A DNA stretch of 64,000 nucleotides from an uncultured bacterium (lineage in GTDB: Bacteria; Krumholzibacteriota; Krumholzibacteriia; Krumholzibacteriales; Krumholzibacteriaceae). The translations under genes and the position numbers were made by a program. Location: contig CBDUYR010000001.1 of NCBI GenBank assembly GCA_965371515.1, forward strand, positions 64,001 to 128,000. Reading direction: 5' to 3'. Of the stretch, positions 21,695-30,923 are shown in pieces (position 1 is the stretch's first letter; each line of letters starts with the position of its first letter). The notes under the pieces are model-generated. The model did no database searches. It worked only from the letters and a program-made list of their open reading frames with translations, and was not told the origin of the DNA.

Positions 21695-23149
21695 ATGGTA
21701 ACAGAGTACAACACTATCGAAGAGATCGTCGGCCCGCTGGTATTTCTCAATGACGTCGATCACGCGACGGTAGAAGAGCTTGTCGAGGTCGAGCTTCCCA
21801 GCGGAGAACAGCGGCGGGGCAAGGTCCTCGAAGTCAACCGCAACAGGGTCCTCATCCAGCTGTTCGAGGGGACGAGAGGCGTCGACATCACCAGGACAAA
21901 GGTCCGCTTCCTCGGCAGGAGCCTCGAGCTCGCCGTATCGCCCGACATCCTCGGAAGGATCTTCAACGGGCTGGGCTCGCCGATCGACGACGGCCCGGCG
22001 ATCATCCCCGAGAAGAAACTCGACATCAACGGTGATCCGATAAACCCCTATGCGCGAGTCTATCCGCAGGAATTCATCCAGACCGGAATTTCCGCGATCG
22101 ATGGTCTCAATACGCTCGTGCGCGGGCAGAAACTCCCGATCTTCTCAGGCTTCGGCCTTCCACACTCCGAGCTCGCCGCGCAGATCGCCAGGCAGGCGAC
22201 CGTGCCCGGAAAAGAGGCGGCATTCGCCATCGTCTTCGCCGCTATGGGTATTACCTTTGAGGAGGCGAACTACTTCATCCGTGATTTCCAGGAGACCGGC
22301 GCGATGGAGAGGGTGGTCCTCTTCATCAATCTTGCCAACGACCCGACTATCGAGCGTATAGCGACGCCGCGCGCCGCGCTGACGGCCGCTGAGTACCTCG
22401 CCTTCGAGAAGGGGATGCACGTGCTGGTTATCCTTACCGACATGACGAACTACTGCGAGGCGCTCCGCGAGGTGTCGGTCGCGAGGAAGGAGATCCCGGG
22501 CAGGCGCGGTTATCCCGGTTATCTCTACACCGACCTGGCGACGATCTACGAACGGGCCGGGCTGCTCAAGGGCGAGAAGGAGGGAGAAGTGCTTCCGGGG
22601 TCGATCACACAGATCCCCGTCCTCTCGATGCCCGACGACGACAAGACGCATCCGATACCCGACCTTACAGGATACATCACCGAAGGACAGGTGATCCTCG
22701 ACCGCGTGCTGCACCGCAAGGGGATCTATCCGCCGATCAACGTCCTGCCGAGCCTCTCGAGGTTGAGGGACAAGGGTATCGGCGAGGGCAGGACGCGCGA
22801 GGACCATCCGCATATAGCGAACCAGCTCTTCTCCTCCTACGCGAAGAGCAAGGAGATCGAAGAGCTCGCCGTGGTGCTCGGCGAGGCGGCGCTGACCGAC
22901 ACCGACAGGGCGTTCATGAAGATGGGCGAGAAGTTCGAGGACCGTTTCATCAGGCAGGCGCTTGACGAGAACCGCACGATCGAGGAGACCCTGTCGATCG
23001 GCTGGGACCTGCTTACAATGATCCCGAAGTCCGAGATCAAGAGGATCAAGGACGATATGATAGAGAAGTACCTTCCCGTGAAGACTGACGATGACGAAGA
23101 TCCTGCCGTCGCGTCCGCTGACACCGCGGAGGAGGAAGGCGCCGAGTGA
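21695..23149 (+). CDS. atpB: A/V-type ATPase subunit B
   Basis: [45 protein letters not shown]. Acidic C-terminal tail. Confidence 0.98.
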   Translation: MVTEYNTIEEIVGPLVFLNDVDHATVEELVEVELPSGEQRRGKVLEVNRNRVLIQLFEGTRGVDITRTKVRFLGRSLELAVSPDILGRIFNGLGSPIDDGPAIIPEKKLDINGDPINPYARVYPQEFIQTGISAIDGLNTLVRGQKLPIFSGFGLPHSELAAQIARQATVPGKEAAFAIVFAAMGITFEEANYFIRDFQETGAMERVVLFINLANDPTIERIATPRAALTAAEYLAFEKGMHVLVILTDMTNYCEALREVSVARKEIPGRRGYPGYLYTDLATIYERAGLLKGEKEGEVLPGSITQIPVLSMPDDDKTHPIPDLTGYITEGQVILDRVLHRKGIYPPINVLPSLSRLRDKGIGEGRTREDHPHIANQLFSSYAKSKEIEELAVVLGEAALTDTDRAFMKMGEKFEDRFIRQALDENRTIEETLSIGWDLLTMIPKSEIKRIKDDMIEKYLPVKTDDDEDPAVASADTAEEEGAE

Positions 23150-23778
23150 AGAGGAAGGTCAACCCCAACAGGATGATGCTGCTGCGCCTGCGGCGAAGGA
23201 GCGAGCTCGCCCGGCGGGGACACAAGCTCCTGAAGAACAAGCAGGAGAAACTGATGCAGAACTTCATCGCGCTCGCCCGCGACACGTCCGAGCTGCGCCG
23301 CCGCCTCGAGAAGATCTTCATGGAGATATCGATGCACTACCTCAAAGGGCGATCAGTCACCGGAAGGCAGAGCATCGAGGATGCCCTCTCGCTGACGACG
23401 ATGGCGGGCACGCTCGAGACAGGCATGCGCAGCGAGATGAACGTCAGGATCCCCGAGTTCACGTTCACTGTTCCCGAAGCCGATCCCGCTTACAGCCTGC
23501 AGGGCACTTCACCCGAGCTCGACGTTGCGTTCGAGAAGCTCCGCGACAACTTCCAGGAGCTGCTCGACCTGGCGGCCTCGGAGGACGGGTTGTTCAAACT
23601 CGCCGACGAACTGGAGAAGACACGCCGCAGGGTGAACGCTCTCGAGTACATCCTCATCCCCGACCTCGAGGTCCAGATCCGATCGATCGAGAGCAAGCTC
23701 AGCGAGGCGGAGCGCAGCACGCAGACCCGCCTGATGAAGATCAAGGACATGGTCAAGGCGAGAGAATCCCGGCAATAG
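23146..23778 (+). CDS. atpD: A/V-type ATPase subunit D
   Basis: [29 protein letters not shown]. Confidence 0.96.
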   Translation: MKRKVNPNRMMLLRLRRRSELARRGHKLLKNKQEKLMQNFIALARDTSELRRRLEKIFMEISMHYLKGRSVTGRQSIEDALSLTTMAGTLETGMRSEMNVRIPEFTFTVPEADPAYSLQGTSPELDVAFEKLRDNFQELLDLAASEDGLFKLADELEKTRRRVNALEYILIPDLEVQIRSIESKLSEAERSTQTRLMKIKDMVKARESRQ

Positions 23779-24085
23779 GATTTGACCGACCCGCTTCCTC
23801 TGGATATATTCAAGTATACTCACTCCGCAGGGCTGCAACGGAGACCCCACCTGATTCTTCGCGCACCCACCCGAAGGGAATACCTGCAATATGAGTCGTA
23901 CGAAGGGGTGTTCTGCGGGACACGCCTGCCAGCACCTCCCGACGACGACAGGCAAGTTTGTCGTGATAAAATGACACTGTTCATGTTATATTCTGTTTTC
24001 GTAAGGAGTTGGCGTTTGTACCGGGCCGTTCCGGGAGGGACGATTGGAAATCGTTCCCCTTTTTCCACCACGGGCGGCTATTTTA

Positions 24086-24118
24086 TTGACACTGTGTGAA
24101 GGGATAATTATATTATCC
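24086..24118 (+). promoter_or_regulatory. Sigma70-like promoter of the TBDR operon with an overlapping inverted repeat
   Basis: TTGACA (24086-91), 17 bp, TATATT (24109-14). GGATAAT-TAT-ATTATCC inverted repeat at 24102-24118 covers the -10. Confidence 0.6.
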
Positions 24119-24242
24119 GTGAGGAATTAGAGGAGAGTTTGAGACCCCACACCTGCACCCGCCCCGCATGCTGTCCGTATGATTCGGGACGGGCCCTATA
24201 TACAGGCATAGATGCTACACAGGCAAGTACAAGGAGATTGAC

Positions 24243-27200
24243 ATGAAAGCCCGCTCTCATTTCAGGCTGCTTGCCGTTGTGCTTCCCGCCCTGACAATCC
24301 TTGTGGCTGCGCAATCCGCCATGGCGCAATCGGGAAGGCTCAACGGCAGAGTGACGGAAGCAGAGACAGGCAGTGCCCTTCCCTATGCCAACGTAGTGAT
24401 CGTCGGCACAAACATGGGTGGAATGACCCTGACCGATGGGACGTTCACGATCGTCGGAGTTCCCGTCGGCACATATACCATCAAGGTAATGATGATGGGA
24501 TTCAAGCCGGAAGAAGAGACCGGTGTCAGAGTCAATGCCAGCCAGACGACGAGGGTTGATTTCAAGCTTATAACGCAGATCGTGGGTAAGACGCAGGAGA
24601 TCGTCGTCGAGGCCGAACAGGTCCAGATCGATGTGAGGAGCTCCGATGTCAAGCACAGGGTATCCAGGGACGAGCTCATGGAACTCCCCGTAGACGATGT
24701 CGTCGAGGCGATCGCGCTCAAGGGCGGCATCGTAAAGACCGGCGACGAACTGCACGTCCGTGGAGGGCGTGACAGTGAAGTCCAGTTCCAGATCGACGGT
24801 GTTCCGGTGGACGATCCTCTCGGAGGCGGGATGATCTCGGTAGGTATGCTGGGTACCAGCGACAGCGAAATCATCACCGGGGGAATGGACGCCGAGTACG
24901 GAAATGCGCAGTCGGCCATCGTGAACATCAGCACGAGAGAGGGCGGCCGGAGCTTCGAGGGACAGGTCAGGTACATGACTGACGATTTCGGCCGCAAGGA
25001 CAAGACATATACCAACTATGACAGGTTCAGCCTCGGTTTCGGCGGACCTACCGGGGTCAGGAACATCACGTTCTACGTCTCGGGCGAGTTCACCGCATCG
25101 GACGGTGAGAACTGGGCGATCTGGGACAGGAGCAATCATATGGCCGGTACGCCGATGTCGGACATCATGAGCTTCGCGCAGAGGCAGTCCGAATCGTACA
25201 ACGTCCAGGGTAAGCTCGCCTGGCAGGTCAAGCCGGGGATGAAGCTGATCGGCGAGGCGATCTATTCGCACGCCCGCTCCCACGGATATCTCAACAACTG
25301 GAACATCGAGGGATACGTCCAGAAAGTATATAGATTTACGACACTGCGGGCCAGCCGTGAAAGCCTCGCCGACGATGCGAGGGCCTTCGGCCCGTACGTC
25401 TCGGTCTATCACGGCCCATGGATAGAGATGTCAGAGGCCGAGCTCGAAGCGATGAGGATCGATTACTATCCCGGCACCCTTGAGGAGAGGCGCCGCACGA
25501 TCTACCCGATCACGATCTTTACAAAGGTGCGCGATCCGAACAACCCGGAAGCCGGCGCTTTCATAATCAGGTACGACAACTTCTTCGCGAGACTGGTGGA
25601 GAACATCTACGGCGAAGAGACCGAGATTATCTGGGAAGAGCAGGTCATCAACTCAGAGGGCCAGGCGGAAGTGCAGAACAAGGTCCTCTTCGAGGGATTC
25701 CAGAATCCCGACTCGAAGTTCAGTTATTTCAGGGATGATTCGAGCTTCGTCTACTTCAACTCGGCCGAACGGACCAATGTCGCTATCAGCAATAACCTCA
25801 ACCTCAAGGTGGCGCTGAACCACAATATCAACGACAACGTGCTGTACACGATCAACCTCAGCCGTTCGCAGTTCGACAGGGAAGTGTCGGTCAAGGATCC
25901 CGTGACGGGTGAACTGAAAGACCCGCAGGAATTCCTCGTGGCCGGATTGCCGACGATCCTGCCCAGCGGAGTGTTCATGCTAAGCGGCGTGAGCAACGCG
26001 ATGTGGTACAGTGATCCGGAATATCCATACTTCGTCGATGCGTACGATTACCCGTTTTACCAGGACCGCAGCTCAGTCATATACACGGTGAAGGGAGACA
26101 TCACGTCCCAGCAGTGGTACGGGCACGTGTTCAGGACCGGAGTGCAGTTCATATACAACGATCTCCAGGACCGGGCGATCAACCGCCCGGGCAGCGTGAG
26201 GCGTATGGAGGACGGCACCTACATGATCGGGACGAGCGCGAACGTATTCCATAACTTCAATCCCGAGGCATCCTTTTATGTACAGGACAAGTGGGAATAC
26301 CAGGGTATGGTAGTCAATGCGGGGGTAAGGTTCGATTTCTTCTCGCCTGGAAACAACACCGAGATCCTGATCAGCTCGGCGGAGATCGATCCCACCGTTG
26401 AAAAGTACAAATTCCAGATCAGCCCGCGCCTCGGCTTCGCGTTCCCGATCACCGACAAGGACAAGTTCCACTTCCATTACGGAAGGTTTACACAGTGGCC
26501 GAGCAGATCCTTCCTGTTCCGCACGCAGGACCTGGTCGCCGGGACCGGAACCCTCGGCAACCCCAATCTCGACGAGGAGCTCACAGTTTCGTACCAGGCC
26601 GGTGTATCGCACCAGTTTACCGAAACGGTCGCGGCGAACTTCGTTGTGTTCAACAAGGATATCTATGGACTGATCTCGTCGACCAGGGTAACCGACGAGG
26701 ACCTCGGGATTCAGGGCTACCGCTATATCAACAGGACATATGCGAGCTCGCGGGGAATGGAGGTCGCGATCAACAAACGTCTCAGCCACCACATCGGAGG
26801 CGAGATCTCATATACATGGTCGTTCGCCGACGGCGTTGCCTCCGACGCTGACTTCGGCGTCACAGCCCAGGGGCTGTCCCACCTGCCGACACAGGAGATG
26901 CCCCTCGACTGGGATCAGCGCCACACGCTGAACGTCACCTTGAGGCTGCAGGACGAGAACAAATGGGGAGCCACGGTGGTCTACTCCTTTGGAAGCGGGC
27001 TGCCATGGACGCCTGTCGACAGGTTCGCCAGGCGCGCGGACCCACTGTGGGAGAACTCGATGAGGCTCGACGCGACGCACGTTATCAACATTCAGGGAAG
27101 AAAGAAGTTCAACATATACGGACAGGAGCTGACGCTGTTCTTCGAGGGCAGGAACCTGCTCAACGATGATGTGCTCCTGCCATTCGGTACGGCTCCCTTC

Positions 27201-27386
27201 GCCAATCCCCTCATGGGCAATGCCAGGATGGACGGCGGCTCCTATCTCACCGAGACGGGGAATTTCGGAGGAGCGTACCTCCAGGACCTTGACGAGGACG
27301 GCATCGATGACTTCACGCCGGTGAACGATCCTACGATCTGGGCCAGGCACAGACAGTGGCGCATAGGCTTTGGGTTCGAGTTCTAG
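24243..27386 (+). CDS. TonB-dependent outer-membrane receptor with N-terminal carboxypeptidase-regulatory-like domain
   Basis: Signal peptide; GRVTEAETGSALPYANVVI...GTYTI domain; plug LHVRGGRDSEVQFQIDGVPV and GGMDAEYGNAQSAIVNI; barrel motifs ISPRLGFAFPI, GNPNL, LDWDQRHTLN; C-terminal IGFGFEF. Confidence 0.93.
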   Translation: MKARSHFRLLAVVLPALTILVAAQSAMAQSGRLNGRVTEAETGSALPYANVVIVGTNMGGMTLTDGTFTIVGVPVGTYTIKVMMMGFKPEEETGVRVNASQTTRVDFKLITQIVGKTQEIVVEAEQVQIDVRSSDVKHRVSRDELMELPVDDVVEAIALKGGIVKTGDELHVRGGRDSEVQFQIDGVPVDDPLGGGMISVGMLGTSDSEIITGGMDAEYGNAQSAIVNISTREGGRSFEGQVRYMTDDFGRKDKTYTNYDRFSLGFGGPTGVRNITFYVSGEFTASDGENWAIWDRSNHMAGTPMSDIMSFAQRQSESYNVQGKLAWQVKPGMKLIGEAIYSHARSHGYLNNWNIEGYVQKVYRFTTLRASRESLADDARAFGPYVSVYHGPWIEMSEAELEAMRIDYYPGTLEERRRTIYPITIFTKVRDPNNPEAGAFIIRYDNFFARLVENIYGEETEIIWEEQVINSEGQAEVQNKVLFEGFQNPDSKFSYFRDDSSFVYFNSAERTNVAISNNLNLKVALNHNINDNVLYTINLSRSQFDREVSVKDPVTGELKDPQEFLVAGLPTILPSGVFMLSGVSNAMWYSDPEYPYFVDAYDYPFYQDRSSVIYTVKGDITSQQWYGHVFRTGVQFIYNDLQDRAINRPGSVRRMEDGTYMIGTSANVFHNFNPEASFYVQDKWEYQGMVVNAGVRFDFFSPGNNTEILISSAEIDPTVEKYKFQISPRLGFAFPITDKDKFHFHYGRFTQWPSRSFLFRTQDLVAGTGTLGNPNLDEELTVSYQAGVSHQFTETVAANFVVFNKDIYGLISSTRVTDEDLGIQGYRYINRTYASSRGMEVAINKRLSHHIGGEISYTWSFADGVASDADFGVTAQGLSHLPTQEMPLDWDQRHTLNVTLRLQDENKWGATVVYSFGSGLPWTPVDRFARRADPLWENSMRLDATHVINIQGRKKFNIYGQELTLFFEGRNLLNDDVLLPFGTAPFANPLMGNARMDGGSYLTETGNFGGAYLQDLDEDGIDDFTPVNDPTIWARHRQWRIGFGFEF

Positions 27387-27420
27387 GAAAATCTGTGGAG
27401 AGATACTGGAGGTCCTAACG

Positions 27421-29904
27421 ATGATACGCAAGGGATGCATGCTGATCGCTCTTGCTTCGCTTCTGATCTTCATGCTTCACTCTCCGGCTTCTGCCAGGGA
27501 GGAAGAGGGGGAATGGAGCGACAAGCTCAATCAGCTTGACCAGATATGGGTATACGACGGAACAGGCATACATAATGTCGGAAATCTCCAGATGCATGTG
27601 TGCAACTGGGGCTGCTTCGGGTCGTACCCCGGCTCGCGCCAGCCGACGGCCGAGTACCCTTCGGCGCAATGGCCCGCCAACTCTGGCGTGGAATATCTTT
27701 ATATCGCCGGTCTCTGGGTCGGGGCGAGGAAGGGTGGTATCCCCGTCGTTTCGACCTCCGCGTACCAGATCGAGTTCAGGCCTCCCGGAACGGAGGACCC
27801 GAACGCGAAGATCTACACGGCGTTCGAGGGGATCCAGAACGGAGCGAGGCTGCCGAGCCCCGACGACGATGACAAAGACGGAGTCTCGGACGAGGACTGG
27901 CTGAACGGCGAGGACGACGATGGCGACGGGAAGATCGACGAGGATTTCGGCGCGATAGGCAAGCAGATGTTTACCTGCTGGTTCACCGATGATCATCCGG
28001 GCGCCTCCCAGAGGTACCCCGAGCATACTCCGCTTCACCTGTTCGTGAGGCAGGAAAGCTACCAGTGGGAAGAGGAGCAGTTCTACGACTTCGTCGGCGT
28101 CGAGTACAAGATCACAAACTATGGCACTGATATCGTAGAGGATGTTTTCGTGGGCTTCTTCGCCGACGGCGATGCCGGCCCGCGCGACCGCGAGCAGTAC
28201 TGGATGGATGACTGCACCGGTCTCTGGGAGGGAATCCGCTGCGCACAGAAGGGCGAGAGGCAGGTTCCGGTGAGGATGAGCGTCGCCTACTTCTACGACA
28301 AGGACGGCGACGAGGGGATGACGACAGGTTACCTCGGCATCATCTTCCTCGGCCACGACGTCGATCCGCTCGGTGAGAACGCACCGCAGAAGGTCGGAAT
28401 CACGTCGTACCAGAACTTCTCGGGCGATCAGCCGTATGCGAACGGCGGCGACCCGACGAACGACTACGAGCGGTACGAGCTCATGAGCAAGGAAGGCAAG
28501 GACCGTAACGCCGAGGTCCCGCGCGATTACAGGATGATGATGGCCACGGGCCCCTTCCGCGAGCTGTATCCCGACAGCACGATGATACTCCAGGTAGCAT
28601 TTGTCGTGGGCGAGGGCCTCGAGGGTATGCTCTCCTCCGCGGCGAGCGCGACGATGGCCTTCCAGGGCAACTGGTTCGATATCGACGGTAACCCCCAGAC
28701 GGGAGTCCTCGGCAGGGAGACGCCGCTGCCCGGTCCGGTGAGCGGTATAGATCCCGATTCATGCGACAATGACTTAGCCCTCCTGTCGGCTGCCAGGGGC
28801 GAGATCCTCTGGATAAACCTCGATTGCGGCGAGGAGCAAGAGCTCATAAAAAGCACGAGATGCCCGAGGGGCGAGGCGATCGACGAGGATTTTATGACCG
28901 GTGTGTTCGGCAAGGAGACCAACGTCAAGTGGCTCGTAGGTTCGGCGCCGCCTCCGCCTAATATGAGGATCCTTCCTTTCGACCACAGGATCGTCCTCCT
29001 CTGGGACAACTTCAGCGAGGTCACTCCGGACGTCTCGACGCTAGAGTTCGACTTCGAGGGATACAGGATCTGGAGGGCCGACGGATGGGGAAGGCCTCTC
29101 GGCACTTCGGTACTCAGCGGACCGGCCAGGGAACTGTGGCAGCTCCTCGAGGAGAGGGACCTGATCAACGGTGTCCTGCCTGACATCGAGTTCAAGAAAC
29201 CGATATCCGAGGATGGATGGCAATACGATCCTCTCCCGGAGCTCGGCAACAAGGACGAACTGATGGCATACTTCGAGGAGAACCTCTGGTACTATCCGCT
29301 CGATACGGTTCCCTGCCCGCCAGGGCTGAGCAATCTTCAATGCGATACCCTCGAATCGCTCGCGAGGTTTAACCTCGGCTTCGAGGGCGGCCTGCAGTAC
29401 TACCAGTTCGCAGACATAGACGTGCATAACGGCATGCACTATTTTTACAGCATCACGGCCTACGATCACCTGCTGGTCAGTGGTATGCCGGTCAAGCCCA
29501 ACAAGTACGGTGATCCGGCATCGAACTTCCAGTACACGGTGCCACTCTCCGATGCGCAGGAGGCGGAGGGATACCTCGACGAAGAGGTATATGTCGTTCC
29601 CAATCCGGCGACGGCGGAATCGATGGATCCGTGGAAGCTCGAGCCCAACATGGATGATCCTACGGGTATCAAGGTCGAGTTCAGGAACCTGCCAGCATGC
29701 AGGAGCACTGTCAGGATATACTCTCTCGCCGGCGACCTCGTCGAGACGCTGTACCATGACGGATCGGAGGGACGGGGTACTCTGATGTGGGATCTCGTAT
29801 CCCGCAACGGTCAGAATGTGACCAGCGGCGTCTATCTCTTCGCGGTGGAACCGGACGACGAAAAGTTTAACAGGACTATCGGAAAGTTCGTGGTTATCAG
29901 ATAA
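27421..29904 (+). CDS. Secreted protein with acidic Ca-binding repeats, split FN3-like domain and T9SS-like C-terminal Ig domain
   Basis: GGAGG RBS and signal peptide; QWPANSGVEYLYIAGLWVG; DDDDKDGVSDED/DDDGDGKIDEDF; APPPP...LLWD...FEGYRIWR...NGMHYFYSITAYD; C-terminal VYVVPNP...IYSLAGDLV...WDLVSRNGQNVTSGVY...GKFVVIR. Confidence 0.8.
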   Translation: MIRKGCMLIALASLLIFMLHSPASAREEEGEWSDKLNQLDQIWVYDGTGIHNVGNLQMHVCNWGCFGSYPGSRQPTAEYPSAQWPANSGVEYLYIAGLWVGARKGGIPVVSTSAYQIEFRPPGTEDPNAKIYTAFEGIQNGARLPSPDDDDKDGVSDEDWLNGEDDDGDGKIDEDFGAIGKQMFTCWFTDDHPGASQRYPEHTPLHLFVRQESYQWEEEQFYDFVGVEYKITNYGTDIVEDVFVGFFADGDAGPRDREQYWMDDCTGLWEGIRCAQKGERQVPVRMSVAYFYDKDGDEGMTTGYLGIIFLGHDVDPLGENAPQKVGITSYQNFSGDQPYANGGDPTNDYERYELMSKEGKDRNAEVPRDYRMMMATGPFRELYPDSTMILQVAFVVGEGLEGMLSSAASATMAFQGNWFDIDGNPQTGVLGRETPLPGPVSGIDPDSCDNDLALLSAARGEILWINLDCGEEQELIKSTRCPRGEAIDEDFMTGVFGKETNVKWLVGSAPPPPNMRILPFDHRIVLLWDNFSEVTPDVSTLEFDFEGYRIWRADGWGRPLGTSVLSGPARELWQLLEERDLINGVLPDIEFKKPISEDGWQYDPLPELGNKDELMAYFEENLWYYPLDTVPCPPGLSNLQCDTLESLARFNLGFEGGLQYYQFADIDVHNGMHYFYSITAYDHLLVSGMPVKPNKYGDPASNFQYTVPLSDAQEAEGYLDEEVYVVPNPATAESMDPWKLEPNMDDPTGIKVEFRNLPACRSTVRIYSLAGDLVETLYHDGSEGRGTLMWDLVSRNGQNVTSGVYLFAVEPDDEKFNRTIGKFVVIR

Positions 29905-29937
29905 ATGAATGTTAGATTAATTTCAGGAGGTCTGGTG

Positions 29938-30882
29938 ATGTTTCGCAAGGTGTTTCTCGGGTTGGTCGTAGTGATGATGCTGGCGCCCGGCATCGCTCAC
30001 GGCGGGACCGAGCCGTTCGAGAAAGTGGGCATGTACGCGGCTCAGTTTCTGAAGATCGGCGTATCGGCGAGAGCGGTCGGAATGGGTAGCGCGTATACGG
30101 CGGTCGCCGACGGCGCTACCGCGATCTACTGGAACCCGGCCGGTATGGTCGCGCAGACCAGGACGCAGGTCACTCTCAATACGGTCACGTGGCCGGCTGA
30201 CATCGACATTTATTTCGTCGCCGCGACGTTTTCCACTCCGTATCTCCCCGGAACCTGGGGAATCAGTGCGAGGGCCCTGACGATGGATCCGCAACTCGAG
30301 CGTACGATCTACATGCCCGAGGGGACGAACCGGTTCTTCGACGCTGGCGACATGTCCTTCGGACTGTCGTACGCGATGTGGTTCACCGACAGGTTCTCCG
30401 CCGGTATAACGGCCCATTTCATCCATATGGGCCTGGCCGACAAGAGCGTCCAGACAATGGCGTTCGACTTCGGCCTCCTCTACCGGATCGGTATCCAGGG
30501 CATGAAGCTTGGTATGATGATCCAGAGTCTCGGTTCCGAGGTCGACTTCGACGACCGGGCCTCCAAGATGCCGACCCTTTTCAAGGTGGGCCTGAGTGTG
30601 GATGCCTACAGGCGAGGCGCTCACGCTCTGCTCGCGTCCGGAGAGTTCGCCCATCCTTCCGACAACAAGGAGAGGCTGAACGTAGGGCTCGAGTACGGAT
30701 TCAACGAGTTCTTTTTTCTGCGTTCCGGATATAACATTGGGTACGATACGCAGGGTCTCGCGTGGGGTGTCGGATTCAATTTCGACACGAGCCAGACTTC
30801 CGATATCGGTTTCGATTACGCCTGGGAGGACCTTGCTTACCTCGGACAGGCTCACCGGTTCACCCTCAATTTCAGCTATTAG
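29938..30882 (+). CDS. PorV/PorQ (UPF0164, FadL-like) outer-membrane beta-barrel
   Basis: Signal peptide; AAQFLKIGVSARAVGMGSAYTAVADGATAIYWNPAG hatch motif; amphipathic strands; C-terminal HRFTLNFSY. Confidence 0.87.
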   Translation: MFRKVFLGLVVVMMLAPGIAHGGTEPFEKVGMYAAQFLKIGVSARAVGMGSAYTAVADGATAIYWNPAGMVAQTRTQVTLNTVTWPADIDIYFVAATFSTPYLPGTWGISARALTMDPQLERTIYMPEGTNRFFDAGDMSFGLSYAMWFTDRFSAGITAHFIHMGLADKSVQTMAFDFGLLYRIGIQGMKLGMMIQSLGSEVDFDDRASKMPTLFKVGLSVDAYRRGAHALLASGEFAHPSDNKERLNVGLEYGFNEFFFLRSGYNIGYDTQGLAWGVGFNFDTSQTSDIGFDYAWEDLAYLGQAHRFTLNFSY

Positions 30883-30923
30883 GCTGAGGAGAGGGCGCCG
30901 GGCCGCATGAGGCCCGGTCTGTT

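Noticed and set aside
23782..24099. 105-aa + strand ORF (and 83-aa - strand ORF) between atpD and the TBDR
   Set aside because: No clear RBS or motif, atypical codon usage, and the + strand ORF overlaps the predicted TBDR promoter. Treated as intergenic.
23841..24150. 10-bp direct repeat GAGACCCCAC at 23841 and 24141
   Set aside because: Only two short copies, plausible by chance in a region of this size. No array or spacer structure.
23779..24242. Possible cobalamin or TPP riboswitch upstream of the TonB-dependent receptor
   Set aside because: No B12-box or TPP consensus elements were recognisable by eye.
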